From Octopus sinensis (lineage: Eukaryota): a stretch of DNA of 64,000 bases. The translations under genes and the position numbers were made by a program. The stretch is taken from NCBI RefSeq assembly GCF_006345805.1, contig NC_042999.1, positions 4,278,001 to 4,342,000 on the forward strand. The letters are read 5' to 3'. Below, one piece after another: positions 40,901 through 55,022 of this stretch. Under the pieces are notes generated by a model. That model had not been told where the DNA came from. It worked only from the letters and a program-made list of their open reading frames with translations, and searched no databases. Within the stretch, counting starts at the first letter, position 1, and every line of letters starts with the position of its first letter.

Positions 40901-43451
40901 CGGTGTGTCGTTCGCAAGTGGATGTCACGAAGGTGTTCCGCGAACCGGTCAGCCAAGCGGCGTTCCGTTTGTCCGATGTACAAGGAATTGCAGAGAGAGC
41001 AAGAGATGCAATAGATAATATTGCTGAGGTGCAGGTGAAGGAGGGATGATGGGATAGGGTCGATGGTTGGGTGCTAGTGAGGCGGGGGGGTGGGGAGGAG
41101 AGGTAAGGGCAAGTGCGGCAACGGGGCGGGAGCAGGGGAACGAGCCGGGTTGGGAGGTTAGGGTCGGGAAGGAGCTATGGACCAAAAGGTCTCGAAGGTT
41201 GTGGGCTCGTTTGAAAGAGGGGAGGGGTCGGTTAGGGAAAGGTGTGAAGGGACGGGTCGGTGGAGATGACGGAAAGCTCGAAGAATGGTGCGTTGGAGAC
41301 GTAGGGTCGTGGGGTGGTAAGTGAGGGGAAAAGGGAGGCGGGAGACTACAGGGCGGGTTCGGGGAGAGAGAGCAGATACACGGTCCACGGACCGTGCTCT
41401 GGCAAGGGCGGTGGGATAGTGGTGAGAGGGGTATCCACGTAGGGTGAAGTGGTGAGCCATACGTTGAGACTGAGTCTCAAAGTCATGGTCGTCACTACAG
41501 AGCCTACGTAGACGGAGGAATGGGAATAGGGGATGGAAGCTTGGTGTGTTTCTGGGTGGGAGGAAGAGAAGTTGAGGTATGAGTGTGAGTCGTGGTTTGT
41601 AGTGAATGAGTGGTGGTAAGAGTGGAGTGAAGAATGCTAACCGAAAATATCAGAGTAAGCACATAAATGTGAAACATTGTGGAAAAAAGAGTACTCAAAT
41701 ACCAGAGGTAGAGTAATATGCTTTATTTAAAAGCAGCAGAAATATAACAAAAGTTGTTACTCAGAGCTTCACATTCCCATTCATCGGACAGACACACACA
41801 CACACACATATATATATACATAAATAGCATTTAACGCCACCTAAACATGTGTGTTCACCAACTATGCTACTGTTTTAACCCCAGGAGGACATCTCCTCCA
41901 GCTGGTTGTGCAATGCACTCCCGCTTGCATATATAGAAAAATAAGTGACATACTGTCAATGAGCTTGCAATGAGCTAGTTTGCTCTTATATATATATATA
42001 CACACACAAGGGGGACCCAAAAGTAACCAGAAACGTTCTCTGTGGGACAAGCCAATTGTAGTTCAGGCTTCTGTCGCTAGAAGCCACTTGATGCAGCCCT
42101 CAGGCATCAGACTGCCAACAGATGTTGTTGAAAGGAGTCGTACTGCTACGTGGTGCATCTTTGCTTTGCAGTGCTTCTCCCATGTTCAGCAATTTTTGAG
42201 ATGGCTGAAACGAAGGAATGCCATGCTTCCATGAAATTCTGTTTTCTGCTGGGGAAAGCAGCACCCAAGACAGTTGACATGCTTCAAACAGCTTACAAGG
42301 ATGCTGCCATGAGCAAAACACAAGTTTACAAGTGGTTTTCCTGCTTTAGCAATGGTCACTCATCACTTGAAGACCAACCTTGTTCAGGGCAACTGTCAAC
42401 CTCCCAAACAAAAGAAAATGTCATAAAAATTTCTTTAAACTAATCTTGGAGGACCATCGCCAAACAATTAATGAACTTGTTGATATGACTGGTGTGTCCT
42501 GGAGTTCCTTCCAACAAATTTTGAGTGAGGAAGTGTAAATGAAAATAGTTGCAGAAAAATTTGTACTTCACTTGCTCACGGAAGATCAAAAGCAGTCATG
42601 ACTGAATGTGTGTTATGAACTGAAAGAACAGTTGGAAGTTGATCAGAACTTCTTTTTGAAGGTCATCACTGATGGTGAAAGCTGGTATCACAGCTATGAC
42701 GCAGAAACAAAGCAGCAATCGAGTCAGTGGAAGCACTCAATGTCACCACGCCCCCAAAACTGTGTCAAGTGAAGTCCAATGTCAAGTCAATGCTGATTTG
42801 TTTCATCGATGTGTTAGGAACTGTCTACACAGTATTTGTTCCTCCTGGTCAAACTGTTAACCAGACATGACATTTTACTTGACAGTTCTGAAGCATTTGC
42901 AAGACATGGTGAGAGGAAAATGCCCTGACCAGTGGTAAAGTGAAGAGTGGTGGTTTCATTACAACAATGCTCCTTCACACACCATCTTGAGTGTAAAACA
43001 GTTTTTGACCAAAAATGGCATGACCCTGTTTACCCACCCTCCCTATTCACCTGATCTTGCTCCCTACAACTTATTTTTGTTCCCTCAAAGGAAAATATTT
43101 TGCAGATGTAGAAGAGGTGAAGAAGAAAAAACGGCAGACACGTTAAAAGGCATCACTTTGCAAGAGGTCCAGGGCTGCTTGGAACAGTGGAAAATGAGTT
43201 TGGACCAATGCACTGCTTCAAATGGAGAATACTTTGAAAGCAATAAAACATGTAAAACTAAGTGAATAAAATAATATAGCAAAATTCTGGTTTCCTTTGG
43301 CTACCTCCTCATATATATATATGTGTGTATATATATATATATATAAGTCGTTGAATGAATTATCCTAGTATGGATAATTCGGTTAACCGATACCCTGGTT
43401 AAATCGTCGTTCAACTCCATTCTTTCATTTATTTATATATATATATATATA

Positions 43452-43508
<57 letters not shown>

Positions 43509-43513
43509 ATTTG

Positions 43514-43544
<31 letters not shown>

Positions 43545-46500
43545 ATATTTATATAAAATATATGTGTGTGTGTATACATATGTGTTTATATATATATAAA
43601 TATATATATGTATGTATATATATGTATATATCTGTATGTATACTGTGTGTGGGTAGATAGATAGATAAATAGAGAGATATATAGACAAGAGATAGATAGA
43701 GAGATTGTGTATAAGATGCTTGTTTATGTTTGTATTTATATGTATGTGATGATGTTTCTTTGATCGTTTGTGTCTACATGTGTGAACATGTGTGTGTGTA
43801 CACAGTGAATCCAGGGTTCGGTCATTGAAAGTATCACAATGGAAACACTTACTAAACCATTGAATAATAAATGAACATTTTTAGGAACATTTTCATTGCA
43901 TTTAATGTTTATTTCGTAGATCCATTTAGCTTTACAGTGTATTGAATATTCAGATATAAACTTCAAGGAGATGATGGCTGCTGATGTTGCTAATGATAAA
44001 CAAGTATATCTTGCTAAGATGTCTTCAGTGACTTTTCCATTTCACATGCTATGTGACAGTGCTCCTGTATGGCCACAGTCCAGTGATCCATCATCATCAT
44101 CATTTAGCATCCTTTTTCCATGCTGGCATGGGTTGGACAATTTGACAAGAGCTGACCAGCTGGAGAGCCAACCAGGTTCCAATTGTCTGCCTTAGTATGG
44201 TTTCTACAGCTGGATGCCTTTCTGAATACCAACCATTTTACAGAGTGTATTGGGTGCTTTTTACATGGCACCGACACTTTTTATGTGGCAACAGCATCAG
44301 TGCTTTGAACAAATTGGTAAAATAATTTTGTCATTATTGATCTGGTATTTAGGAACATAAATTAACATGGAATTTATGATAGAGGGTTTTAAATTAGATC
44401 ATGTTTATTGTCTCCTAGGGCAAAGAGGCAGACACGGGCAGATTGGTATCAAAAGGGTTAAATGGATAAAGTTTGCTTAATGGTGTGAGCTGGGTGCTTT
44501 TCATGTGGCACAGAGACAGATGCTCTTTACATGGCCCAGCATCGGTACTTTTTATGTGGCACCGGCAGCATAGGTGCTTTTTATATGGCACTAGCAATTG
44601 TTTCAAATTTTGATACAAAGACAGCAGTGAAATCAGTTGATTCCATGGGCCTCAGTATTTGACTGGTGCTTTATTTTATCAACCTCCGAAAGGACAACAG
44701 GCAAAGTCAACCTTAGTGGGATTTGAACTTAGCACGTGAACAGCTAAAAGAAATGCTGCTAAGTCAATTGCCTGACACACTAACAGTTCCAGTATTGAAC
44801 AATAAAAGACAATTATTTAAGTTGCAATCTTTCTTCACTTTCTAGCATCTTTCTCTATCAATTCAGCAAGAACATCTTTCTAGTTTCTTAGCTGATACAT
44901 CTAATAAATTTCCACTACTACAACATAAATTGCTAAAAATTCAGCAACTATTTTTCTGACAGTTTTGATCTTGTTGTTGTCATTGTTTTCTAGACTGCCC
45001 CCCTCCTCACTCCCCAATCCTAAAAATTTGATATTAGTAACATAATTTCCCAGTCATACTCATTTCTTCTATATTGTTGGCAAAGTTCAGCGAAAATATT
45101 GATTTTTGTAAAATGGCTTGCCGAAGACATCGCATAACTGTACTGAATTAGTGAAGGAGTCAGTACGTAAATTAATAGCAAATTCTATTTAATGTGAATA
45201 TAATTTATGATCTCTGATTTCTAATTGACAATGCTTTGTTGTGTTTATTTATTCATTTATTTATTATTGCTGCAACATTTCCACCCTTACCATTTAAGAG
45301 TTCCAGGAATCAGTTTGATTAACACTGTCTTTAAACAATAATATTAACTATTTTTTGGTCTGTTTGTTTTTTTTTTCAATTGTTCTAATTATTTGAATCA
45401 TGAAAATATTTTTTTTATTTTTAATGTAATTGTTTTTTTTTGTCATCTACTTCATTTTCCCTTTATTACTTCCTACTAAAGTGAAGGCTATCACCAACAA
45501 TGGTGATGGATCTCATCAGTTCCAGATAACGATAAAAATGTTGATGATTTAAGGTTTAGAGGTTAAGGTGTTGAAGTGTTGTTCAAGACATTTTGGTTTC
45601 AATCTTGTCACTTAGGCATCATCATCATCATTGCTGTCATCATCACCATCATCATCATTATCATCATCAACATTGTTGTTATCATCATCATCAGCATCAT
45701 CATCATAATCATCATCGTCATCATCATCATTGTTGTCATCACCATTGTAGTCATCCATTTACATCAGTTCTCCATGCTGGCACTGGTAGGATAATTCAAC
45801 AGGATTCATAGAGTCAAAAGACTGTTTTATTCCAATGTCACATTTGTGGCCTGGTTTCTACAGGTAAATGCCCTTCCTAACACCAATTACTTTATGGAAT
45901 GAATTGGATACATTTTTTTTTTTTTATGTAACACCAGTGCTATAGAGGTTGCCCTGCCATCTGCAAAACTAATGAGACCTCTCACACCCTGTGTTGTTGC
46001 TGTTTGGAATGATTATCAATCAATGAGTGTACAAGGTACTTTTTCTGGCACCAGAACTGTTGCTCTTACTTTAAAACTTGCAAAGCAAAAGAGAACTTTA
46101 TTGGTGGTAGGAACAGATTTATTGAAGATAATAATGGAGAGCATAACAAGGGGAAAGCATTATGCACCCCCTGAAAACATAACTGTAAAACAAAATTAGT
46201 AAACCTCTCAGTTTACAAAAGTATATTAAAGCGAGCAGCTCCAACAATTTAAAAGATACCTGAATATTATTTTAACTATCCTTATATATAAATGAGGGTG
46301 GGTATGCATTTGTGTGTGCATGTGTATATATGCTTGTCACCAAGGTTGACTTTGTCTTTCATCTATTTGAGATTGATAAAATAAGTAGCAGTTGAGCACT
46401 GGGGTTAATGTAATCGACTTACCCTGCTCCTCTTAAATTGCTGGTCTTGTGCCAAAATTTTGAAATCATTATTTTTGTTGTTGCTGTTTCTGTTATTTCA

Positions 46501-49034
46501 TGACTTATCTCTGTATTCTAAATCAATGATAACAGCGGTTAAAAGCTAAAAAGAGAACAACAAAATCTATTTCCTATTGAGGGTCATGTGTTGCCAGATT
46601 AACTCACTATCGATTCTTTTCCTTGAATCAAAACAGAAATTTTTAGTTTCTGAAATAATACAGCAGTAAACATGGGTTAAAGTTATTTTCCAAAGTTTTG
46701 TATTTGGTGCTGAGATATTCTTTAAACCAAATATATCACAATTATAACTTGATTCTTTTTCCTGAAGCAATAAGTCTGCTTAGTTGTGGATCTCAGCTGG
46801 TACTGCTGAGAATTTCAACTGTTTTTTTGTTATCTTCAGTTTTTATTTTATTTTTTTAAACCAGCATATATTGTACATATGTTGATTTCAACAGCTTTGA
46901 AAATATCCTGAAGTGTTTTCTTGAGAACTAATTGAAATCATTCTAACGCTAGCAAGTCCAATCTTTAGAAAATAAACCATGACAATAACTGATACTTCCA
47001 TATTAAAATAGGCTGGAACCAATGTGGCTACTTAAAATCTATCTTTTACTTGTTTCAGTGTTCACTAAAGATTAATTGAAATCTGCCATTTGTCTTGTTA
47101 TTATTGGAGAAGATTATTTTGTCACAAGCATCATCGGTGACAACAGTAGCCGCAACAAATTTAGCATCTCTATTAACTTCAGCACCATGTCAACCTTCTC
47201 ATTATAACCATAGTTATCTTTTATTTACACTTGATATTTATACTGTTCATCAACATTTGTTTGCTTTGTTCTTCGAGGAGGTGGGATGAGGAAGTGTTTT
47301 TCATATTAATCTTCATTTATTTTCCTTTTACTCATTTAACGTGGCTGATGCCAGTGCCACCTTGACTGGCTCCTGTGCTAGTGGCATGTAAAAGCACCAT
47401 CCAAATGTGGTCAATGCCAGCCTCCCCTGGCCCCTGTGCCGGTGGCATGGAAAAAGCACCTACTACACACTCGGAGTGGTTGGAGTTAGGAAGGGCATCC
47501 AGCTGTAGAAATACTGCCAGATTAGACTGCGGCCTGGTGCAGCCTCCTGGCTTCGCAGACCCCAGTCAAACTGTTCAACCCATGCCAGCATGGAAAACGG
47601 ACGTTAAGCAGTGATGATGATGAGGATTTACAAACAAGTATGTTATGACCTGCAAATGGTGAATCTTAGAAGAGCTGTAAAACCAAGTGTTGTTTATCAA
47701 ACCAAATGAGGCTTTGGCCAACTTTACCCAAACACCATGATGCTTGGAGATGTTTGGAAATATTTGCAATTTATCTTAGATATCCAACCCAGACCAGTTC
47801 CTGTACAAGACCTGTTCAATAGTATGTGCCAACAGTTTCTAGACTGATTCCGTTTCTGGAAGCAGCTAAGATGCATTAACATCCCTCCTTCAGAACTGGC
47901 TGCATACCACTACCTTTGACACTGCCACAACACCAGTGTTAAACTGACAAACATAGCCCATGCAGTTGGCCTCTTTAGGACTGCAATGCTCCAACAACCC
48001 TGTATCCTCAATTTCTAATGACAATACCTGCACTTTCTAGCAACTACTTATCTCTACCACAGCACACCACCAACTCATCTCCTCCACCTCCTTTCTCCTT
48101 CCCCCCACAGCTACCAACCTTTTCATTTGTATACCTATTTTTTTATTACCCACAAGGGGCTAAACACAGAGGGAACAAACAAGGACAGACATAGGTATTA
48201 AGTCGATTACATCGACCCCAGTTCGTAACTGGTACTTATTTAATCGACCCCGAAAGGATGAAAGGCAAAGTCGAGCTCGGCGGAATTTGAACTCACAACG
48301 TAATGCAGACAAAATACCGTTAAGCATTTCGCCCGGTGTGCTATCGTTTCTGCCAGCTCGCCGCCTTTGTATACCATAAAACGTCATCTCCTACTTCTAC
48401 CCCAAGATTCATAAGGTTAACATCCCTAGTTATTCCATTGATCCTGCTACTTACAGACAGGATCACAAGCTACATGACCTTCAGTCCCTTGCCACACCCA
48501 ACTCAGATTGTCTAATCTTCCTACTACCATTGAAATATCAGTGCCTTCACTCAGAACATTACCATTTTGCACAGTTTCTGGTACATTCTTCAAGTTGCTG
48601 GTCAGTTCACTTGCACCTCCAAAAGTGTAATCCATAGCATTAAATGGTCTCCGTATGTAGGTAAAACTAACTGATGGCTAACTGACTAATTCAGGCAGCA
48701 TCTACTGGATACATGATGTAGTAGCTGTAGATGTTGAAAAAACGTTTGCACTTCAATTCAGTTTCCTTAGGCATTCCTATCATCACCTTTCCATTTTTGG
48801 TCTTCTCTAGCACCATGGCCCTCCAGCCTCTAATTTCCTCAGAACAAAGATTGATCTTTTGGTTCATTCTTAACTCCTTCCATTCTTCCTAACTTTCTTC
48901 TGTTCATTCACTCACGCAAGCTTGTCTCTCTACCACCCACCCATTCATTTGTTTCTTCCTTCCCCACTTCTACTCATGATGCACCATTTTGTATCATTAA
49001 TAAAATTGTTGGCATTTTTAATGACACAGGTATG

Positions 49035-49095
<61 letters not shown>

Positions 49096-52000
49096 TGTGA
49101 GTGTGTGTGTGTCTTTCTGTCAGTGTTTGTTCCCCACCACTGCTTGAAAACTGGTGTTGATGTGTTTTCATCCCTGTGACTTAGCAGTTCAGCAAAAAAG
49201 ACCAACACAATAAATACCAGGCTTAAAAATAAATAAGTCATATTTTCAATTCATTCAGTTAAAATAAATTCTTCAAGACAGCTCTCCAACATGGCCACAG
49301 TCTAATGAATAAAACATGTAAAATATAAAAGATATTGAAGAGCAGAAATTATTTTCCAGCATGGAAAGCTAATAGATTCCGATAATGGCTGTGAGATATT
49401 CTTCTTCATGATAGTTTCTAACATGTATAGGATTAAATCCAAATTTCAGTTTGTGATCATGTTTTCATTATAAAATATTGGTTCCAAGATTTCTTGAAAA
49501 TCTCTGTAAAAAACATATGTTGCAATCCAATAGATTTATTGAGATGGAAAGTATAATAGATCTCCTTCTTTGACTCTCTTGTAGCAATTAATTGAGATGA
49601 ATCCTCTAAAAGCATGGATATATTCCTATTTATATGTTAAGACCTATTGTGATTTTCCTGAACTTATCCCATATAAAAAGAAAGATTGCAAATGAGAACA
49701 TTTTATTCATACAAGCTTAGATATTGTTTTGTTTTTTTAATTCAGTCATTTTTACCGACTATTGTAAATCTTTACGATTATCAGAACTGATCTTAATAAT
49801 CTTTTTCTGCAGGTATATTCAAGGAGCTGCAGCACCAAAAAACGTCATCATACTTTTGGATTCCAGTGGAAGTATGACAGGATCCCGTATGATAATTGCA
49901 CAGAGTACTGTAAATAAAATCTTGGATACACTCACTGTGAATGACTACTTCAACATCATTCAGGTAATTATTGTGTTCTTTGCTAAGCCTGAAAAGATTG
50001 CAAACATAATTTGAAAGATAAATGAAGAAAATAGAAGAAAGATATTGATAGTATTTTCCATTATTTTTTTAAAGCAGTCAGATGTGATTTTCAAATTATT
50101 TTTTCTTTCCAAGATGCCTTAGAGTTAATGTCTGTGGATAACTCTCCTATCAAGTAGATGGTGAGAAGGCTAATTATAGTTGCCATCAAATAACATGGGT
50201 CATAGATTAAAAAAACAAAAAAAGAAGAAAGAAATATAGCATATATATGAGAAATGGTGTCCTGAAACAAATAAAAAAAACTGTGCATGTAAAATATGTG
50301 AAATAAAATATGTGAAGGCTATTTTGTATCTGCAAGAATAATTTTATTAATGAGTAAAGATGTTTGTCATTTAAGAAAAAATATTCAACATTTTATCTCA
50401 GAAAAAGAACCATAATAAAAATGAAGAAATGGCTGTGTGGTTAAGAAGTTCAGTTTGCACCACATGGTTTCAGGTTCAATCCTAATGCATAGTACCTTGA
50501 GGAAGGGTCATCTACTACTGCCCTGAACCTGCCAATGCCTTCTGGTGAATATGGTTTGCAAAAGCCACAGAGAAGCCTTTTGTTTATTTGTTTGTATGTG
50601 TGTATGTATGCATGCATGTGTGCATGTATGTATGTATGTATGTATGTACGTATGTATGCATTTGTGTATGGTGTCACCATCATCATCATTATCATCAGTT
50701 AATGTGTTTTCCATATTGGTATGTGTTGGGCAGATTGACTGGAGCTGGAAAGCTGGAGAGTTGCACCAAGCTTCAGTTGTCTGTTTTGGCATGGTTTCTA
50801 TGGCTGGATGCTCTTCCTAACACCAACCACTCTACAGAGTGTACTGGGTGTCTTTTACATATCACCAGCATGGGTGCCTTTCATGTGTCACCAGCACTAG
50901 CCATGACAGCGATTTCACTTGGCTTGACATGTCTTCTCAAGCACAGCAAATCACCAGAAGTCTCAGTCAATTACATATGTACATGTGTGTTATATATGTA
51001 TGTTTATGTGTGTTTGTGTTTGTCCTCCCCTCTGCCCAAACAACCAGTCTTGGTTTGTTTATGTCACTGCAATTTAGCAATTCAACTAAAGCGACAAGTA
51101 GAATTAGTACCAGACTAAAATAAGTACCAGAATTGATGTGTTCAACCAACCCTACAAGGGATTGGGCATGGTCACAGTCCAATGACTGAAACAAGGAAAA
51201 GAATAATTTCTCATAAAACTTCTGATGACATATTCTGTGGTTGACAAAAAGGAGGAACAACACTAACTTATATTTTTTTGACAGAGAATGGCTTTGATAG
51301 GGACACATAATCTGTGAACTGGTGAGCCAGGTTAGTGTTTAGACATGGTGGAATGGTTTTGTGAGTTCTCCTAACAAAAATCAGATGAAATAATATAAAA
51401 AAGTTCAATGTACATATTTTGTCCTAGAAAGCTCACTCTTCAGGTCCTGTTTTTATTGCAATTGATAAAGCTATTAGGGTGATGAGCTACCAGAATCATT
51501 ATCATGTCAGACAAAATGCATGGAAGAATTTCTTTTGACTTTTTTATATTCTGAACTCAAATCCCACTGAGATCAAAGTTTCTTTTCATCCTTTTAAGGT
51601 CAGTAAATTTGTTTTTAAAGTACCATTCAAGTACTGCAGTTGAGGTTATTGACTTGTCCCCTCTGCTTATAAGTAATGGATCAGTGTCCCATTCAGGGAG
51701 AATGTTGTGATCTTGCCCAATTGTATGCCACGGAAACTGGGTAACCAGCTTAACCAGCTTTATAAATCTTAGAGCAATAAAAATAAAGCTATTACAAATG
51801 AGTTTAGAACTCAGTATTCTGTAAACAAGATTTCATTGCAGAATCAATTTCAATCCACCTGAACATGAAAGAATGAACTTAAAGTATCTAAAAGATAACA
51901 TATGTGATAAATATCAAAACTCTGCTATGGAGGCATCAAATCAAATCAATATTATTTAATTAATAGATTTCAATGAGTGCATAAGCTATGTCATGCAATA

Positions 52001-53219
52001 TCAGATTTACTGATAGCGGGGATTTTGCTTGAAGCATGCAATATATTCATTTATTTAATTAACAAAATTAATGATATAAGAATCCACAGACTAAAGACTA
52101 TTGTTCTTGAATGGAAGCATTTGTCAAGTTCTGTATTATTGGAGACCCATCCAGTTCATTTCAGCTGAGTCTCTAAGGCATTTGCATGGTTGAAAAAGAA
52201 AGTTTTTATTGTGTCTTAGAAGTTTAATGTGAGAGAATATTGAATAATTTTTTTTTTTTTTTAATATTTATTCCAACATCTACACAAAATTTCTCCCAGA
52301 TTGAACTGCTATCATCATTTTAAAGTTTTCTTAAAGCTGATACAAATCTTAGAATATTTTATCACTTTAAAATTCCATTGTAACTTCAGTCCGTAAGGTA
52401 CCATTTCGTAAGAATACAGTATAATATCTGTCGACATTTTGACTACAGAATTACCCCTCCGTTGAATCGTTCTGATAAAAACATTAAGTTTTTTCTTCTA
52501 TAGTATTTATAAACACCTACCAATCAGCATTTTTTGTTTCAAACTGTTTTATTATGTCATTTCTTCACTCATTATTACGAGTGAAGGACTGACACTCAAT
52601 GGTTCTCTAAGGTGCTATGGTATTTTGTAAACAAAATACTGGTCTAAGCCAATGAATAATGTAATCTTTCTCTCCTTTCTCCTTCTGCATATGCATGTAT
52701 GTGTGTGTCTGTGCATGTGTGTGTATATGTGTTTGAGTGTTCATGTTTGTGTTTATATATATATGGGGGAGGTTACATACTAACACACATATACTTATAT
52801 ATTCCAGCACACACATAAAATAAAAGTATATACATATGTGTGTGTATATGTATGTATGTGTATATATATATGTGTGTATACATGCATAGAGACATACATT
52901 CCTACACAAGCACAGAAAAAGTGTATATACTGGCACAATTACACATGTATACAGACAAGCTTTCTTTTGCACTAGTGCTTCCAATGAAGGAGTAATCTCA
53001 ATGATAGCAGCACGAAGCTACCAAGATCTCTTGGACGTTGACTGATGAGGAATTAGCTACAAATTTCCCGTGTGTTTTGTTTTTGTCATACTTTTCCATT
53101 TGTTATGTTTTTGTCAAATTTTCCTGTTTTGTTTGTTTAAAAAAATCCTTGAAAGAGTTATGTAACGCAATGCACACATTATGTTTTCTACCCAATAATA
53201 TATGTAGATAGATAGATAA

Positions 53220-53293
<74 letters not shown>

Positions 53294-53354
53294 GGATGGA
53301 TGGATGGATGGATGGATGGATAGATAGATAGATAGATAGATAGATGGATGGATG

Positions 53355-53389
<35 letters not shown>

Positions 53390-53390
53390 G

Positions 53391-53431
<41 letters not shown>

Positions 53432-54989
53432 CTATTCACATATACATTTATACATGGAAACAAAATATGAAATAAAACAGCCAAAATTAATATTCTTTTC
53501 TACCCTCGGCACAAGGCCCGAAATTTTGGGGGAAGAGGCCAGTCAATTAGATCATCCGCAGTATACAACTGGTACTTAATTTATCGACCCCAAAAGGATG
53601 AAAGCAAAGTTGACCTCGGCAGAATTTAAACACAGAACATAAAGACAGACGAAATACTGCTAAGCATTTCGCCCAGCGTGCTAACGGCCTTCACCTATTA
53701 GCAATATTGAAGATGAAACATAGGATACTCAAACCCACACACAAATATATGTGTGTGTGTGTGTATGTGTGTGTGTGTGTCTGTGTGTGTACAGATAGAT
53801 ATGTACACACATATATGATATAAATAACACACATGCACACACACATATTTAGGAGATTGTTATGACTGGTCAGAGACTGACCATTGGTTTTGCACCTATA
53901 AAGCACTTAGCTATATAGACAACTCATCAGATTCAAATGGGCAGAGGCACATAACCTCTCTGCAACTCAAAGGAGGAATGTGTCATTCTTAGTTATAATA
54001 CGGAGTGAAACTGTATTGGCAAAACCTTGGGCAAGGCAGAGTTATTCCCCTTATATTGGCTGAAGGTGGCTGAAGATAGTAGCACTATCCTAGTCAGCAA
54101 ACAAGGAATTCCATGTTTTCAACATGAATTTCCTCTGATGAAAGCACTATGTTACAGCTGCATTGCTGCCGTTATCATTGCAATGTTGTTGTCACTGCTG
54201 GACCTGTTGCTGGAGCTGCTACTGCAGTTGCTGTTGGTATTACTAACACTGTTGCTCTTATTGCTGGATGCATTGCTGGTGCCACAGATGCCACCAACAA
54301 GGCTGTTGCTGCCACTACCAGACATATTACTGGTGTTGTTATTGCTGTCATTGCTGTTGCTATTCCTGCCATTGCTGCTACTGCTGCTTGACATGCTGGC
54401 TGCTGAGACTGCCACTACCACCACCATCATTGCAAATGTCCAGATGCAATAACCTCTAAGATGCTGTCAACACATCTTAAAGACCCAAAGCAACTGAAAC
54501 TACAGGTGCATGGGTGACTGGAGAAACATTGCTTCTATCATACTTGCAGCACCCATCCTAACAAGGATACACCAACTGCTTTAATAACAATGGCCATCTT
54601 TGACAGGTCCTGTTTGCCACATTAAGAAATTCCTATACATTGATTATAAGAAACAAAGTCAACCTAGATGGAATAAGAACTCAGAATGTACAGACAGACT
54701 AAACACTGCTGACCATTTTGTCTGGTATGCTAACAATTCTGCCAGCTCCTTACCTTACTCTGCTTTATATATTGGTTTCAAATTTTGGCACAAGGCCAGC
54801 AATTCCGGGGAGGGGATAAGTCGACTACATCAACCCCAGTGTTCAACGGGTACTTATTTCATCGATCCTGAAAGAATGAAAGGTAAAGTCAACCTCAGCA
54901 GAATTTGAACTCTGAAAATAAAGACAGATGAAATGCTGCTAAACATTTTGCTCAGCATGCTAACAATTTTGCCAGCTCGCCACTTTGAC

Positions 54990-55022
<33 letters not shown>

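Noticed and set aside
53042-53075. CTGATGAG hammerhead core start
   Set aside because: No downstream GAAA/helix II; at most a decayed remnant.
54027-54459. Overlapping long ORFs on both strands (poly-Leu, poly-Ser/Asn, Ala/Thr-rich)
   Set aside because: Degenerate trinucleotide tract with no splice signals or domain similarity.
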